In this document: one piece after another, positions 43,569 through 54,854 of the stretch | How positions within the stretch are numbered: the first letter of the stretch is position 1 | How the letters are laid out: each line of letters opens with the position of its first letter | Assembly: GCA_964346365.1 (NCBI GenBank) | Contig: CAYFVG010000002.1 | Span: 1-54,854, forward strand | DNA: 54,854 nucleotides | DNA from: an uncultured Alteromonadaceae bacterium | Lineage (GTDB): Bacteria; Pseudomonadota; Gammaproteobacteria; Pseudomonadales; Halieaceae | Direction of reading: 5' to 3' | Notes under the pieces: model-generated | What the model was told of the DNA's origin: nothing | Database searches by the model: none | Seen by the model: only the letters and a program-made list of their open reading frames with translations | Translations under genes and position numbers: made by a program

Positions 43569-44801
43569 TCAGCGCGGCGAAAGGGATCCAGCGGCTGCAT
43601 GCAGGCGCATCCATTTCACCACGTCGCTGTGCCTGAGGAGACCGACGACACGTCCCGAGCGGACCACCGGCAGTCCTTCGTCAGCGCCTCGCCCAAGCTT
43701 TTGAATGGCTTCGCGCGCCGACTCGCCGGCATCCAGCGCCTCCATAGTGGCCGCCGCTACGGTGATATCCCCCACCGTCCTGCCACTGCGTTGCTCCGCC
43801 GGCAGTTCCGTGACTCCGCGCAGCGAGACGATACCTGCCAGCTTGCCGCTCTCCAGCACCGGCCACAGCTCCTGCGTGCTGCGCAACAGGTGTTGATCCA
43901 CAAATTCCGATAGGGGCACAGCGGCCTCGATCGTCTCGAAGTGAGTCCGCATCAGATCGGCAACTTTCACGTCATGCAGCTCAACCTCGGCGACCTGCTG
44001 CCGGTAGCTCATTGCCGCCAGGCTGGAAATGAACCAGCCGATCAACACCCACCACAGACCGCCGAGCCGCCCGCCGGCGAACAGGCTGAAGACCCCCAGA
44101 AACATCAGCGACCAGCCGAAGTAGCGTCCAAGATTGCTGGCCCAGCGCGTGGCCTTGAGCAGGTCCCCCGTGGCCGCCCAGATCATGGCGCGGAACACGC
44201 GCCCACCGTCCATGGGGAAGCCGGGAATCATGTTGAAAACGGCAATCACCAGGTTGATCATGCCGAGCCACAGCAGCGCTGTGGCCACCGGCCCGAACGC
44301 GCCCATCGCTTCCATATTCTCCGCAGTCAGCGAGTCCAGCGCCCCCGGATCGCCCACCAGCCAGCGGGCCAGGTTGATGCAGACAAAGGCGATAAAAAAA
44401 CTCATGAGCGGCCCGACCATGGCCACAACGAACTCGACTTTCGGACGATCCGGCTCACGCTCAGGCTCAGCCATGCCGCCGAACAGAAACAGGGTGATCC
44501 GCGGTACGGGAATCCCGTAGTGCTGCGACATCACTGCATGCGAAAGCTCATGCGCCAGAAGCGAGGCGAAGAACGCGACCCCGGACACGAAAGCGGTGCT
44601 CCACACCAGGCCCGGGCTCCACGCTGGATGCCAGCGCGGCAGCACTCCGCTGCCAAGGCTGAAAACGATCAGCGAAAAAATCACCAGCACGCTGATGTCG
44701 AGGCGGATTTCGATACCGAACAGGCGAAACAGAGACAAGCTGTGGCTGCCGATTCCGCCAGCAGCATGCGTATTACCAGGATTATCACGATGCGATTCCA
44801 T
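43569..44801 (-). CDS. Mirror copy: M50-CBS protease
   Basis: Identical to 10054-11286. Confidence 0.9.
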   Translation of the reverse strand: MESHRDNPGNTHAAGGIGSHSLSLFRLFGIEIRLDISVLVIFSLIVFSLGSGVLPRWHPAWSPGLVWSTAFVSGVAFFASLLAHELSHAVMSQHYGIPVPRITLFLFGGMAEPEREPDRPKVEFVVAMVGPLMSFFIAFVCINLARWLVGDPGALDSLTAENMEAMGAFGPVATALLWLGMINLVIAVFNMIPGFPMDGGRVFRAMIWAATGDLLKATRWASNLGRYFGWSLMFLGVFSLFAGGRLGGLWWVLIGWFISSLAAMSYRQQVAEVELHDVKVADLMRTHFETIEAAVPLSEFVDQHLLRSTQELWPVLESGKLAGIVSLRGVTELPAEQRSGRTVGDITVAAATMEALDAGESAREAIQKLGRGADEGLPVVRSGRVVGLLRHSDVVKWMRLHAAAGSLSPR

Positions 44802-44930
44802 TAGGAGGCTTCCAAAACGATTGAGTCGCCAACATCAACCGGCGGTGATGCAGACGCTGCCGATTGTACTAGTTCCTCAGGGAGTCGCCGAAAGAGCAAC
44901 CCACTTGCCGGCCGGTCGACGCCACACCGG

Positions 44931-46121
<1,191 letters not shown>

Positions 46122-46132
46122 AATCGTTCCTT

Positions 46133-47158
46133 TCAATCCCAGTTCAGTACAACCTTGCTCGCTTCGCCGTTTTTCATGACGGCGAAGCCCTGCTCAAAGT
46201 CGGTAAAGGGCATGCGATGGGTGATGACCCGCGAAATATCGAGGCCGGACTCGATCATGACCGACATCTTGTACCAGGTCTCGTACATTTCGCGCCCGTA
46301 AATGCCTTTCAAGGTCAGCATGTTGAAGATCACGTTGCTCCAGTCGATCGCGGTCTTCTCGGCAGGGATTCCCAGCATGGAGACCTTGCCACCGTGACAC
46401 ATGCTGTCGATCAGGCTGTTAAGGGCCTGCGGGTTACCCGACATTTCCAGGCCGACGTCAAAACCTTCCGACATACCCATTTCGCGCTGAACATCTTCAA
46501 GGTTTTCCCGGGTGACATTCACCGTTCGGGTCGCGCCCAGCTCTGCAGCGAGGGCGAGTCGGGAATCAATCACATCGGTAATCACCACGCGACGCGCACC
46601 GGCATGCCGGCAGACCACAGCCGCCATCACACCGATCGGACCCGCGCCGGTAATCAGAACGTCCTCGCCCAGCAAATCAAACTGCAGCGCCGTGTGCACG
46701 GCATTGCCAAAGGGATCGAAAAGCGCCGCCACGTCGAGATCAATGCCGGGAGTGTGTTCCCACACGTTGGACATCGGCAGCGCCAGATACTCGGCGAAGG
46801 CGCCGGGGCGATTGACTCCGACGCCTGAGGTCTGGTTACACAGGTGGCGCCTGCCGGCCATGCAGTTGCGGCAGCGACCACAGACGACGTGCCCCTCCCC
46901 GGATACGATTTGACCGGGATGGAAATCATTGACGTTATTGCCGACCTCGACAATCTCTCCGACAAATTCGTGGCCCACCACCATCGGCACGGGAATGGTC
47001 TCCCGGGCCCAGGCGTCCCAGTTGAAGATGTGCATGTCGGTGCCGCAGATGGCCGTGCGCTTTACCTTGATCAGCACGTCGTTGATGCCGATCTCGGGCT
47101 CTGGCACGTCGTCGAGCCAGAGGCCCTCGCGCGCTTCCTTTTTTACCAATGCTTTCAT
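46133..47158 (-). CDS. tdh: Mirror copy: threonine dehydrogenase
   Basis: Identical to 7697-8722. Confidence 0.95.
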   Translation of the reverse strand: MKALVKKEAREGLWLDDVPEPEIGINDVLIKVKRTAICGTDMHIFNWDAWARETIPVPMVVGHEFVGEIVEVGNNVNDFHPGQIVSGEGHVVCGRCRNCMAGRRHLCNQTSGVGVNRPGAFAEYLALPMSNVWEHTPGIDLDVAALFDPFGNAVHTALQFDLLGEDVLITGAGPIGVMAAVVCRHAGARRVVITDVIDSRLALAAELGATRTVNVTRENLEDVQREMGMSEGFDVGLEMSGNPQALNSLIDSMCHGGKVSMLGIPAEKTAIDWSNVIFNMLTLKGIYGREMYETWYKMSVMIESGLDISRVITHRMPFTDFEQGFAVMKNGEASKVVLNWD

Positions 47159-47271
47159 CACTCCCCGCCTTTTTCCGCCTGCTTTCCGCTTTCTTTGGTG
47201 GAAATTTTCCACTATCGTAGAGGCAATCTGTTCGACATACAAGACATTTTCCCAGATACTGGATTTTACCA

Positions 47272-47844
47272 ATGGCGAAAGTTATGACCGACCCCACCGC
47301 AAAGGTGCTCTGCGACCGTGTCACGACCCTGCGGCAACGGAACAACTACACCCTCGAGCAGTTTGCGGCGGCCTGCGGCGTCAGTCGCTCGATGCTCAGC
47401 CAGATCGAACGGGGCCAGGCAAACCCGACGCTCGCGGTCATTTACCGGATCGCCACGGCCTTCGAGATGAGTATTGGCGAACTGGTGGACGACCCGGCAT
47501 CGACCAGTGCCATCGAAGTCATTCGCGGCAGCGATCCCGGCAATCTCTTTCGCGCCGATGGAGAGTGCGGGATTCGCACGCTCTCCCCCCTGCACATGGA
47601 AAAAAGCGTCGAGTTCTATGAGCTCACCATACAGGCGGGCGCTGAGCTGAAAAGCGCCCCCCATTTTGAGGGCACCCGTGAGCTGTTCACCATCACCGAG
47701 GGTGCGGCTCGCGTCATATCCGGCGATGCTGTCCGCGATCTCGAGGCGGGTGATTCAGCGCAATACCGCGCGGACATCGCTCACTGCATCAGCAACAGCG
47801 GCAGTGCTCAGCTGAAAGGCTTCCTTGTGGTGATGTATCGCTAG
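47272..47844 (+). CDS. Mirror copy: XRE-cupin regulator
   Basis: Identical to 7011-7583. Confidence 0.9.
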   Translation: MAKVMTDPTAKVLCDRVTTLRQRNNYTLEQFAAACGVSRSMLSQIERGQANPTLAVIYRIATAFEMSIGELVDDPASTSAIEVIRGSDPGNLFRADGECGIRTLSPLHMEKSVEFYELTIQAGAELKSAPHFEGTRELFTITEGAARVISGDAVRDLEAGDSAQYRADIAHCISNSGSAQLKGFLVVMYR

Positions 47845-48157
47845 GCCTGTCGGACGTGGGTGTTCGTAGCTAGTGGGCCACCGGCGCGACACCCACCGCC
47901 CCGAGCAGATCAATCCCGGTGCTCAGCGCTGCAAGGATGCCCGACGCTGCGAGCGCCGCGGTCGCCAGCATGTCCAGCCGGTAAGGCGGGGCCAACGCCC
48001 AACCCATGAACTGGTGCTTCCTCGAAATCTGCCCGTATTTACGGGGATGACGGAGTGAACTATCCTCCTGACTTCGAATGCAATTTTCTTCGCGGTTTCT
48101 GCGCTGATCAACGTCGCGACCGCTCACCGCTTTTTGGGCACGACAACAACACCGGGA

Positions 48158-49210
48158 ATGACCATGCTCACCGATAACGCGCCCACTACCAGCGCCCCCG
48201 GCAACATGCCGGGCTTCGATTCGGAATTCACCGACATTGTCGATTACATCCTGCGCATCACGCTGCGTATCTGGGAAGGAAAGCAGGTGGGACTGTGCCA
48301 GCGTTATTATTCCGACGACTGTCCCGTCTGGACCCTTGCCGGGTACACCGAGGGCGCGGAACAGGTAACCCGCAACACGCTCCTCACCCTTGGCGCCTTC
48401 CCCGACCGCACACTGCACGCCGACAACATTATCTGGAGCGGCAATCCGACCGAGGGATTTCACAGTTCACACCTGATCAGCAGCCACATGACCCATTGCG
48501 GCGAGACGGAGCACGGACCGGCCACCGGCAAGTCGGCCACCATCCAGGTCATCGCGCACTGCGTGGTGCGTGAAAACCGGATCGTCGAGGAATGGCTGGT
48601 TCGTGACAACTGGTCACTGGCGGAGCAGCTCGGCTGCGACCCGTGGCAGCTTGCGAAACAGCAGGCATCCACGCCCCTGGACAGCGACGGCATTTTCGCG
48701 ACCTGGCTGCAACAGCAGTGGCGGCGGGTGCAGTCAACCGATCGCGAAACTCACGACACGATTGCCGGCCTTGCCAGCGCCGCGCAGGTGCACGCGGTTC
48801 TGGGAAACATCTGGAATGGTCGACTGCCCGGAGACTGCCGAGCGCTCTACGCTGAGGATGCGGTACTCCATGCCTCTGCACGGCCCCCGGACCATGGCAT
48901 CGACAGCATCGAGCAATTTTATGTCCAGCTTCTCGGTGCCCTGCCCGATGCCAAAATCACCGTCGATCATACCTGCACCGAGTCGATGTTACCCGGCGAT
49001 TTCATTGCCGTCCGCTGGACCGTGGCGGGTACCCACACCGGCGGCAACCTCTGGGGGCCGGCCAGCGGTGCCGAGGTGCTGATCCTCGGCGAAAGCCAGT
49101 ACCGCCTGGTGGATGGCAGGGTTGTGGAGGAATGGCTGGTTTTTGACCAGCTCGCGGTACTGACGCAGATCGAGCGGGCGCGCCTCGCCCAGAGCCCGGC
49201 CACCGAATGA
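48158..49210 (+). CDS. Mirror copy: SnoaL-like paralogue 4
   Basis: Identical to 5645-6697. Confidence 0.78.
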   Translation: MTMLTDNAPTTSAPGNMPGFDSEFTDIVDYILRITLRIWEGKQVGLCQRYYSDDCPVWTLAGYTEGAEQVTRNTLLTLGAFPDRTLHADNIIWSGNPTEGFHSSHLISSHMTHCGETEHGPATGKSATIQVIAHCVVRENRIVEEWLVRDNWSLAEQLGCDPWQLAKQQASTPLDSDGIFATWLQQQWRRVQSTDRETHDTIAGLASAAQVHAVLGNIWNGRLPGDCRALYAEDAVLHASARPPDHGIDSIEQFYVQLLGALPDAKITVDHTCTESMLPGDFIAVRWTVAGTHTGGNLWGPASGAEVLILGESQYRLVDGRVVEEWLVFDQLAVLTQIERARLAQSPATE

Positions 49211-50238
49211 CGGTGGATTATTTCGCCACGCTTCGCTCCCGGTTCGAGACACTGCGGCAGGCCCAGTACAACTTCGACGAAACGGCTGTTCGCGCAGCGC
49301 TGGCCGCGCTCTTGACCGACGACGCGCTGGTGCAACTCGGCTGTCCCCTCGATACCGTGACCGGACCGGACGCCTTCTGGGAGCGGGCGTACGCCCCGCT
49401 CTGGTCATCGATACCCGATCTGGAACGCAGGGACACGATTGTCATGGCGGGGCCCACCCCGGACGGCGAAGCGTGGATCGGTAGTTGTGGCTATTACACC
49501 GGCACTTTCACGAAACCCTGGCTCGATATTCCCGCAACCGGCCATTTTGTTTCCCTGCGTTTTCATGAGTTCTACCGGGTGGTCGACGGCAAGGTCTGCG
49601 AGGTCCAGGCGATCTGGGATATCCCCCACGTCATGCTGCAGGCAGATGCCTGGCCCATGGGACCCAGCCTGGGGCGCGAATGGCACGTGCCGGGACCGGC
49701 CAGCGAAGACGGCCTGACGGACGGGCCGCGTGACCCACAGCTGTCGGAAAAAGCCCGGGCGCTGGTCTTCGACATGTGCAGCAACCTGGGCAACTTTGCC
49801 AGCGAGGGGGTCGCCGGTATGCGCCTCGATAGCTTCTGGCACCCGCGCTGCAGCTGGTACGGCCCGTCGGGGATCGGCAGCTGCCGCGGCCTGGAGGGCT
49901 TTCGGAACTGGCACCAGATCCCTTTTCTCAACGGCATGCCGGACCGGGTGGGCAATCCGGCGGGCGGGCATCTGTTTGCAGACAACAACTATGTCGGCTT
50001 CACCGCGTGGCCCGGCATGTCCATGACCATCAGCGGCGACGGCTGGCTCGGCATTGCCCCGGTGGACCGGGAAATCACCATGCGCAGCCTCGATTTCTGG
50101 CGGGTTGAAGGTGATTTAATCCGGGAAAACTGGGTGCTGGTGGATTTACTCGACGTCTGGCGACAGCTTGGTGTCGACGTGCTTGGCAGGATGCGCGAGT
50201 TCAACAAAGCCCGCGGCCTCGCCGCCCTGGCGCCCTGA
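49207..50238 (+). CDS. Mirror copy: SnoaL-like paralogue 3
   Basis: Identical to 4617-5648. Confidence 0.8.
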   Translation: MTVDYFATLRSRFETLRQAQYNFDETAVRAALAALLTDDALVQLGCPLDTVTGPDAFWERAYAPLWSSIPDLERRDTIVMAGPTPDGEAWIGSCGYYTGTFTKPWLDIPATGHFVSLRFHEFYRVVDGKVCEVQAIWDIPHVMLQADAWPMGPSLGREWHVPGPASEDGLTDGPRDPQLSEKARALVFDMCSNLGNFASEGVAGMRLDSFWHPRCSWYGPSGIGSCRGLEGFRNWHQIPFLNGMPDRVGNPAGGHLFADNNYVGFTAWPGMSMTISGDGWLGIAPVDREITMRSLDFWRVEGDLIRENWVLVDLLDVWRQLGVDVLGRMREFNKARGLAALAP

Positions 50239-50262
50239 CCGGGACAGGATCGGCACAGTGCG

Positions 50263-51267
50263 TCAGGGGTTTTCAATACCTCGCGTGCGCTCGATCACAT
50301 CCAGCCCCTGCTGCAGAAGCCAGTAGGGAATGTCGATGAAGATCCAGTTCTCGATGAGCTTATCCCCTTCCCTTCGATACACGTCCACTACCCGCATATC
50401 CGCAGAACCGCCACCCGGAAGACCGAGAAAACCGCCGCTTGTGCGATGACTGAGGTTCGGCCAGCCAAAAAAGCAGCCGAACTTACCCTCGGCGAACCGA
50501 CACACGTGGCCGTTGTAGGTTTTGTCTGACAGGCTCCTCCGGAAAGGGAACTGGTGCTGTTCCTGGTAGCGCTCGAGGGTGTAAGTGGCGCCAATGCCGG
50601 CCGGCCCAAACCACGACATGTCCTCGCACCAGGTGCGCGCCAGGTACTCGGGGGCACACTCATCGTCGCCGCTGAAGTTCAGCAGCTGCAGGTCGTTAAC
50701 CATGATGTTGAGCAGGCTGAGAGTTTTCGCTCCCTCCTCGGGGGCAGCGTCCTCCAGCAACAGCCCATCGTGATACCGCGGACCGGGGTACACAAAATAG
50801 TCCCCGGTCGACGGTGGCAACGGGTTCAGACCCTGCTGCTGCATGAAGCCGATGATGTCCACCCACAACCCGGTGCGAGTGATCTTGCCGTCTCGAACCG
50901 CGTTGAACTCGGCATAGCGCACCATCGCGATTTTGCGACTGGCGCGGACGCCGAGCCAGTCGTGGTCGAACAGTCCCATGAAATGGCCCATGCTCATCAC
51001 CCAGCGACTGCCATCGATCTCGTTCTCACCGGCGATGAAAACATCCTGCCGGCGCTGAAGGTGGAGAAAGGAGCGCAGCAACGGCTTCCAGAAGGCTTCC
51101 GCAGCACCGGCGCTGCTCGACTGCTCGTTGAAGGGATGCACCCCAAGGAAGGAGTAATCCGGCGCATGGTAGCGCTGCAATACTGACTGCACCGTGTCGA
51201 CGCCCGCATGCTCCAGAGCCTGGAAGTATTCGAGTACGGTGCCTTTGATATCCTGAAAGCCGCTCAT
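50263..51267 (-). CDS. Mirror copy: SnoaL-like paralogue 2
   Basis: Identical to 3588-4592. Confidence 0.8.
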   Translation of the reverse strand: MSGFQDIKGTVLEYFQALEHAGVDTVQSVLQRYHAPDYSFLGVHPFNEQSSSAGAAEAFWKPLLRSFLHLQRRQDVFIAGENEIDGSRWVMSMGHFMGLFDHDWLGVRASRKIAMVRYAEFNAVRDGKITRTGLWVDIIGFMQQQGLNPLPPSTGDYFVYPGPRYHDGLLLEDAAPEEGAKTLSLLNIMVNDLQLLNFSGDDECAPEYLARTWCEDMSWFGPAGIGATYTLERYQEQHQFPFRRSLSDKTYNGHVCRFAEGKFGCFFGWPNLSHRTSGGFLGLPGGGSADMRVVDVYRREGDKLIENWIFIDIPYWLLQQGLDVIERTRGIENP

Positions 51268-51422
51268 TACCTGGTTTCCTATGCGTTGCGTGAATTAAAT
51301 CGGGTGCGCGGTGCATGGCCGCCACATCGCTTCGGTGCACGGTTGGTGCAACCGGCACCGGTCGCGGTTTTTTAGTGTGCGACCGGCAGACGCCCAGCGG
51401 CTGAACAGAGCGGGTTATCGCT

Positions 51423-53030
51423 TCAGAACGCTGACTGGAAGGCGTATAGCCCAAGGATCGACAGCACGAAAAACACCAGCAACAGTTTCGACGCGCCGTC
51501 GATGCGGCCGGGCAGCCGGTACCAGTTGCCCTCGCGCACCGGCAATCCCTCATCGAGGAACTCTTTCCGCTGACCCACCACCGTGTAGGGGTGCCACTCG
51601 GCCTGCCTGCCATCAAGCAGCAGCGAGGCAGCAATGGCGACAAGGGAATTGACCGCACTACCGATAACCACAAACCAGGGCCAGGCGATCGCGGTCTGGG
51701 TTGCAAGGTACCAGACGACGATAAAGCCTGCTGCGACACCGACCATCAGGCCGCGCTCCGTGGTATGGCGGGAAAAGAATCCCAGCCCGAACATGCTGAG
51801 TTTCGCACCGACAAAATAACTGCCCACCTTGCTCAGGATCTCGAGCACCGATCCCTCCAGCTGCGCAAAGAGCAGCGCCGGACCAATAATGATGAATGCC
51901 CAGAAAAGCGTGAACACCCGCGAGGCCTTGAGCAGTTGGTCGTCGGTGGCATCGGGTCGAAGGTAGCGTTGATAGAAATCGACTACCGAAACGGTCGACA
52001 TGGAATTAAACGCCGAATCGAGACTGGACATACTCGCCGCCATGATAGCAGCGGCAATCAGACCCATAAGCCCCGGTCTGGCCAGCTCGTTTGCGAACCC
52101 GAGAATGATGGTGTTGTCATTGGCAAAGGGCTTGCCGTCGTAGTGGGAATTGAGCAGCACCCCCATGAGGATGAACAGCAAATAAATAAAGAAGGCGGCG
52201 AAGCCCATCATCATCACGGACTTTTTCGCGTCGCCGATGTTGCGCGCCGTGAGGCTGCGCTGCACCATCATCTGGCTGGCGCCATACACGGTGATGTGGA
52301 ACAGCGTCATGGCTATAACACCCGACCAGATCGTCGGGACCTTGCTGAAGTCGAGGGATGGATCGAGCGCGCGCAGGCGTCCCGCTTCGCTCGCCTCACT
52401 CAGGACCGTCGAAAGCCCGCTGTCAAAACCTGTGATAAGCGATTCGAAGATAATCACCGCACCGGTAAAAAGAATGCCCGCCTGTATCACGTCGGTCCAG
52501 ATCACGGCAGCAATACCCCCGAGCGCCGTGTAGATCAGCGCCACGATGGTAATGATGACAATGCAGTAATGCACCGGCAGGCCAGTGATGAACTCGAGCA
52601 CCAGGGAGGTGGCGTAGAGGATAACGGCCGAAGTGGCCCCCTGCGACAGCAGGAACACGGTCGCCAGCACACCGCGGGAGGCTCGGCCAAAGCGCCGCTC
52701 CTGGTAGTCGTAGATCGACGCCGCGCCGCTGTTGTAAAAGAATGGCAGGAAAAACGTCACCACCACGACCACCACGAGCGGGTAATTAAGGTGGATCGCC
52801 ATGACGGACAGGCCCTCCCGGTAGGCCCACGCCGGCGCACCCAGAAAAGTCAGCGCACTGACGTAGGTACTGATAACCGACACACCGATAGCCCACCAGG
52901 GAATGGAACGGTCACCGAGGAAGAAGTCCTGGGAGGAATGGATCTTTCGACTCAGAAACGCGCCAAGCGCCAGATTGGCAACAATATAGAGGCCGAGGAT
53001 GGACCAGTTGAAGGTGCCAAATGATTCCAT
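51423..53030 (-). CDS. Mirror copy: sodium:solute symporter
   Basis: Identical to 1825-3432. Confidence 0.92.
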   Translation of the reverse strand: MESFGTFNWSILGLYIVANLALGAFLSRKIHSSQDFFLGDRSIPWWAIGVSVISTYVSALTFLGAPAWAYREGLSVMAIHLNYPLVVVVVVTFFLPFFYNSGAASIYDYQERRFGRASRGVLATVFLLSQGATSAVILYATSLVLEFITGLPVHYCIVIITIVALIYTALGGIAAVIWTDVIQAGILFTGAVIIFESLITGFDSGLSTVLSEASEAGRLRALDPSLDFSKVPTIWSGVIAMTLFHITVYGASQMMVQRSLTARNIGDAKKSVMMMGFAAFFIYLLFILMGVLLNSHYDGKPFANDNTIILGFANELARPGLMGLIAAAIMAASMSSLDSAFNSMSTVSVVDFYQRYLRPDATDDQLLKASRVFTLFWAFIIIGPALLFAQLEGSVLEILSKVGSYFVGAKLSMFGLGFFSRHTTERGLMVGVAAGFIVVWYLATQTAIAWPWFVVIGSAVNSLVAIAASLLLDGRQAEWHPYTVVGQRKEFLDEGLPVREGNWYRLPGRIDGASKLLLVFFVLSILGLYAFQSAF

Positions 53031-53122
53031 GTCAGTTTTCCTCTCCCGGAAGTGGCACCGGATCTGAAGCAGGGGGCGCTACCGCGACGACTGAGTTTCC
53101 CACCGCGGTCAAGAGAGGAGCG

Positions 53123-54076
53123 TCAGCAGGCACGGGCTTGTAAACGCATCTGTTCAAACACATCGAGCCCCATCTGCCGGAGCATGTGAATGATATCGAT
53201 GGCCACCCAGTTCTCCCGCAGCAAATCACCATCCCTGCGCCAGATATCCATGACGCGCAGCTCCAGGTGCACGTTCGTGGGCGGCAGGCCGAGCCAGCCC
53301 GGCCCGCTGTGGGTGGCATGCATATGCGGCCAGCCGCCGGTTGCAGCGAAATCACCCGCAGCCACGGTAGCGGCATGGTAATCCACGACCCGGTCGGGAA
53401 ACGCCCGCAGGAAAGGCCCCTGGTGGTGCGCCCGGAAACCGTCGATACCCCGGGTGGTACCGATGCCCCCGGGACCGTACCAGAGAAAATCGGGGGACCA
53501 GTAGCGCGCAAGGTCCATGCTCGCCAGGTGCTGGCCGTCGTATTCGCCCAGGTGGGCCAGCATCGCCATCACCAAGTCGCTCGTTGCCTGCCCGTCACCG
53601 GCCGGAAACAGGCCGTCGCCCTTCATGGGCGGCATTACCCGCCCGCCGGCGCCGAGGGATGGACGCAGCGGCGACACGCTGGCCTGTTCCATCAGGTCAA
53701 TGAAATCGGGGATCAGAAACCATTGCGCGATCTGGTCGCCCGCAAGGCGCACCATTTCCGTGTAGCGCAGAAACGCGGTGCGGCCGGTGGCGGGAATGCC
53801 GAAAAGCGCCTCCCGGAAGGTACCCAGCAGATAACCGGTGCCCAGCTCCCACCTGCCCTGGGGGTCTTCATTGGCAATCGCAATCAGCGGATGGCGCTGG
53901 ATATCGGGCAAGGCCCGGTGAAGCGGCTGCAGAAAACCCTCGAGCAATGCATCCGCATCGGCGACGTCATTGACTGGATGGGCCACAGCACCGCGGAAGT
54001 CATCACTGAGCACCCCGCGCGGGCGCAACGCATCAGCGAGGGCACCGGCGGTGAGCAGGTGAGACTGTGGCGTCAT
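53123..54076 (-). CDS. Mirror copy: SnoaL-like paralogue 1
   Basis: Identical to 779-1732. Confidence 0.8.
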   Translation of the reverse strand: MTPQSHLLTAGALADALRPRGVLSDDFRGAVAHPVNDVADADALLEGFLQPLHRALPDIQRHPLIAIANEDPQGRWELGTGYLLGTFREALFGIPATGRTAFLRYTEMVRLAGDQIAQWFLIPDFIDLMEQASVSPLRPSLGAGGRVMPPMKGDGLFPAGDGQATSDLVMAMLAHLGEYDGQHLASMDLARYWSPDFLWYGPGGIGTTRGIDGFRAHHQGPFLRAFPDRVVDYHAATVAAGDFAATGGWPHMHATHSGPGWLGLPPTNVHLELRVMDIWRRDGDLLRENWVAIDIIHMLRQMGLDVFEQMRLQARAC

Positions 54077-54852
54077 CCAGCGCTCTTGGAGGCGACCTGG
54101 TTCGACGCCACGCTGACGGCACCAGCGGGTTGGTCGCCCCCGCGCACGACGTAGCAATGGCCGCCGTTAACGCTCGCCAGACGCTTGCCCAGACCCACGG
54201 GAACAGAAAAGACATCACCTGCGCCCAGGCTGATCAGACCATCCGCGACCTCCAGGGTCAGTTCGCCGCGGTGCACGTAGAGCACCTCGGGCTCACTGCG
54301 CTGGTGCCAGTCACTGCCGCCGCCGGGGACGATATCGATTCGCCGCACCTGGAAACCGTGGGCCCAGGCGAGAGGTCCGGCAACAACGCCATCTTCCGCG
54401 TCGGCAAGACCGATGACCGGTGACTCCTGAATACCCTCACTGATCGATTGCAGGCTGGAGCCCGAATGCTGCTTCTGGCCTTCTGCCGAGGCAACGCACT
54501 GCAGCATCTCGTCGACGGTCATCCGACGGTGCGCAGCGACCTGGGCGTCCGTCGTGCGCGCCATGGGACCGACACCCTCAGGCGCCGCCTCCCCGTTCGC
54601 GGTATCCACGAGACGACCATTCTCCAGCAGAACCAGACCATGATCCCGGGCCCCGTCAAATACCTGCGGCGCCCAGAGCACCCGGCCCGGGTCGTCACCG
54701 CCGAGGACGGCAAACAGATAGCCCGTGTCGTCACCGACGTTTTCAAAGCCGCGGAAGACGTTGATCGGGATGCTGATGCAGTCTCCGGCCTCGAGGATCG
54801 CCTCCCCATCCTCGGCTTCCACTCCCCAGCGAAATGCCCACCGTCCGGTGTG
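54073..54852 (-). CDS. Mirror copy: truncated bicupin protein
   Basis: Identical to 3-782. Confidence 0.75.
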   Translation of the reverse strand, partial: HTGRWAFRWGVEAEDGEAILEAGDCISIPINVFRGFENVGDDTGYLFAVLGGDDPGRVLWAPQVFDGARDHGLVLLENGRLVDTANGEAAPEGVGPMARTTDAQVAAHRRMTVDEMLQCVASAEGQKQHSGSSLQSISEGIQESPVIGLADAEDGVVAGPLAWAHGFQVRRIDIVPGGGSDWHQRSEPEVLYVHRGELTLEVADGLISLGAGDVFSVPVGLGKRLASVNGGHCYVVRGGDQPAGAVSVASNQVASKSAG

Positions 54853-54854
54853 CA

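Overview
The window is one perfect inverted duplication. Positions 27428-54854 are the reverse complement of 1-27427 (each ORF has a mirror at 54855 minus its coordinate), folded at a short natural palindrome inside a truncated purE, so it is most likely an amplification, read or assembly fold-back. The unique ~27.4 kb is GC-rich bacterial chromosome, probably a marine proteobacterium; Gammaproteobacteria of the Halieaceae/OM60 type is a guess only. Part 1 (1-9.9 kb) is an uncharacterised catabolic locus: a bicupin, four tandem-SnoaL/NTF2 'ester cyclase' paralogues, a Na+/solute symporter, an XRE-cupin regulator and tdh-kbl. Part 2 (10-14.7 kb) holds an M50-CBS protease and a rhodopsin cassette: a DTE-motif xanthorhodopsin with the antenna-fenestration glycine, a crtI relic, crtY and blh, with no crtE or crtB. 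The rhodopsin gene and crtY-blh each have a matching TGT-N12-ACA (PpsR/CrtJ-type) box upstream. Part 3 (14.8-27.4 kb) is GC-richer core metabolism: isochorismatase, edd-eda-zwf-pgl, arfB, a CPXCG protein, an NDH-2-like flavoprotein, an SDR, an ALS-like enzyme, ilvD and the purE fragment. The two best candidate novelties are a rhodopsin/retinal module apparently wired into the PpsR photosynthesis regulon (possible dual phototrophy) and the four-SnoaL catabolic cluster linked to threonine degradation.
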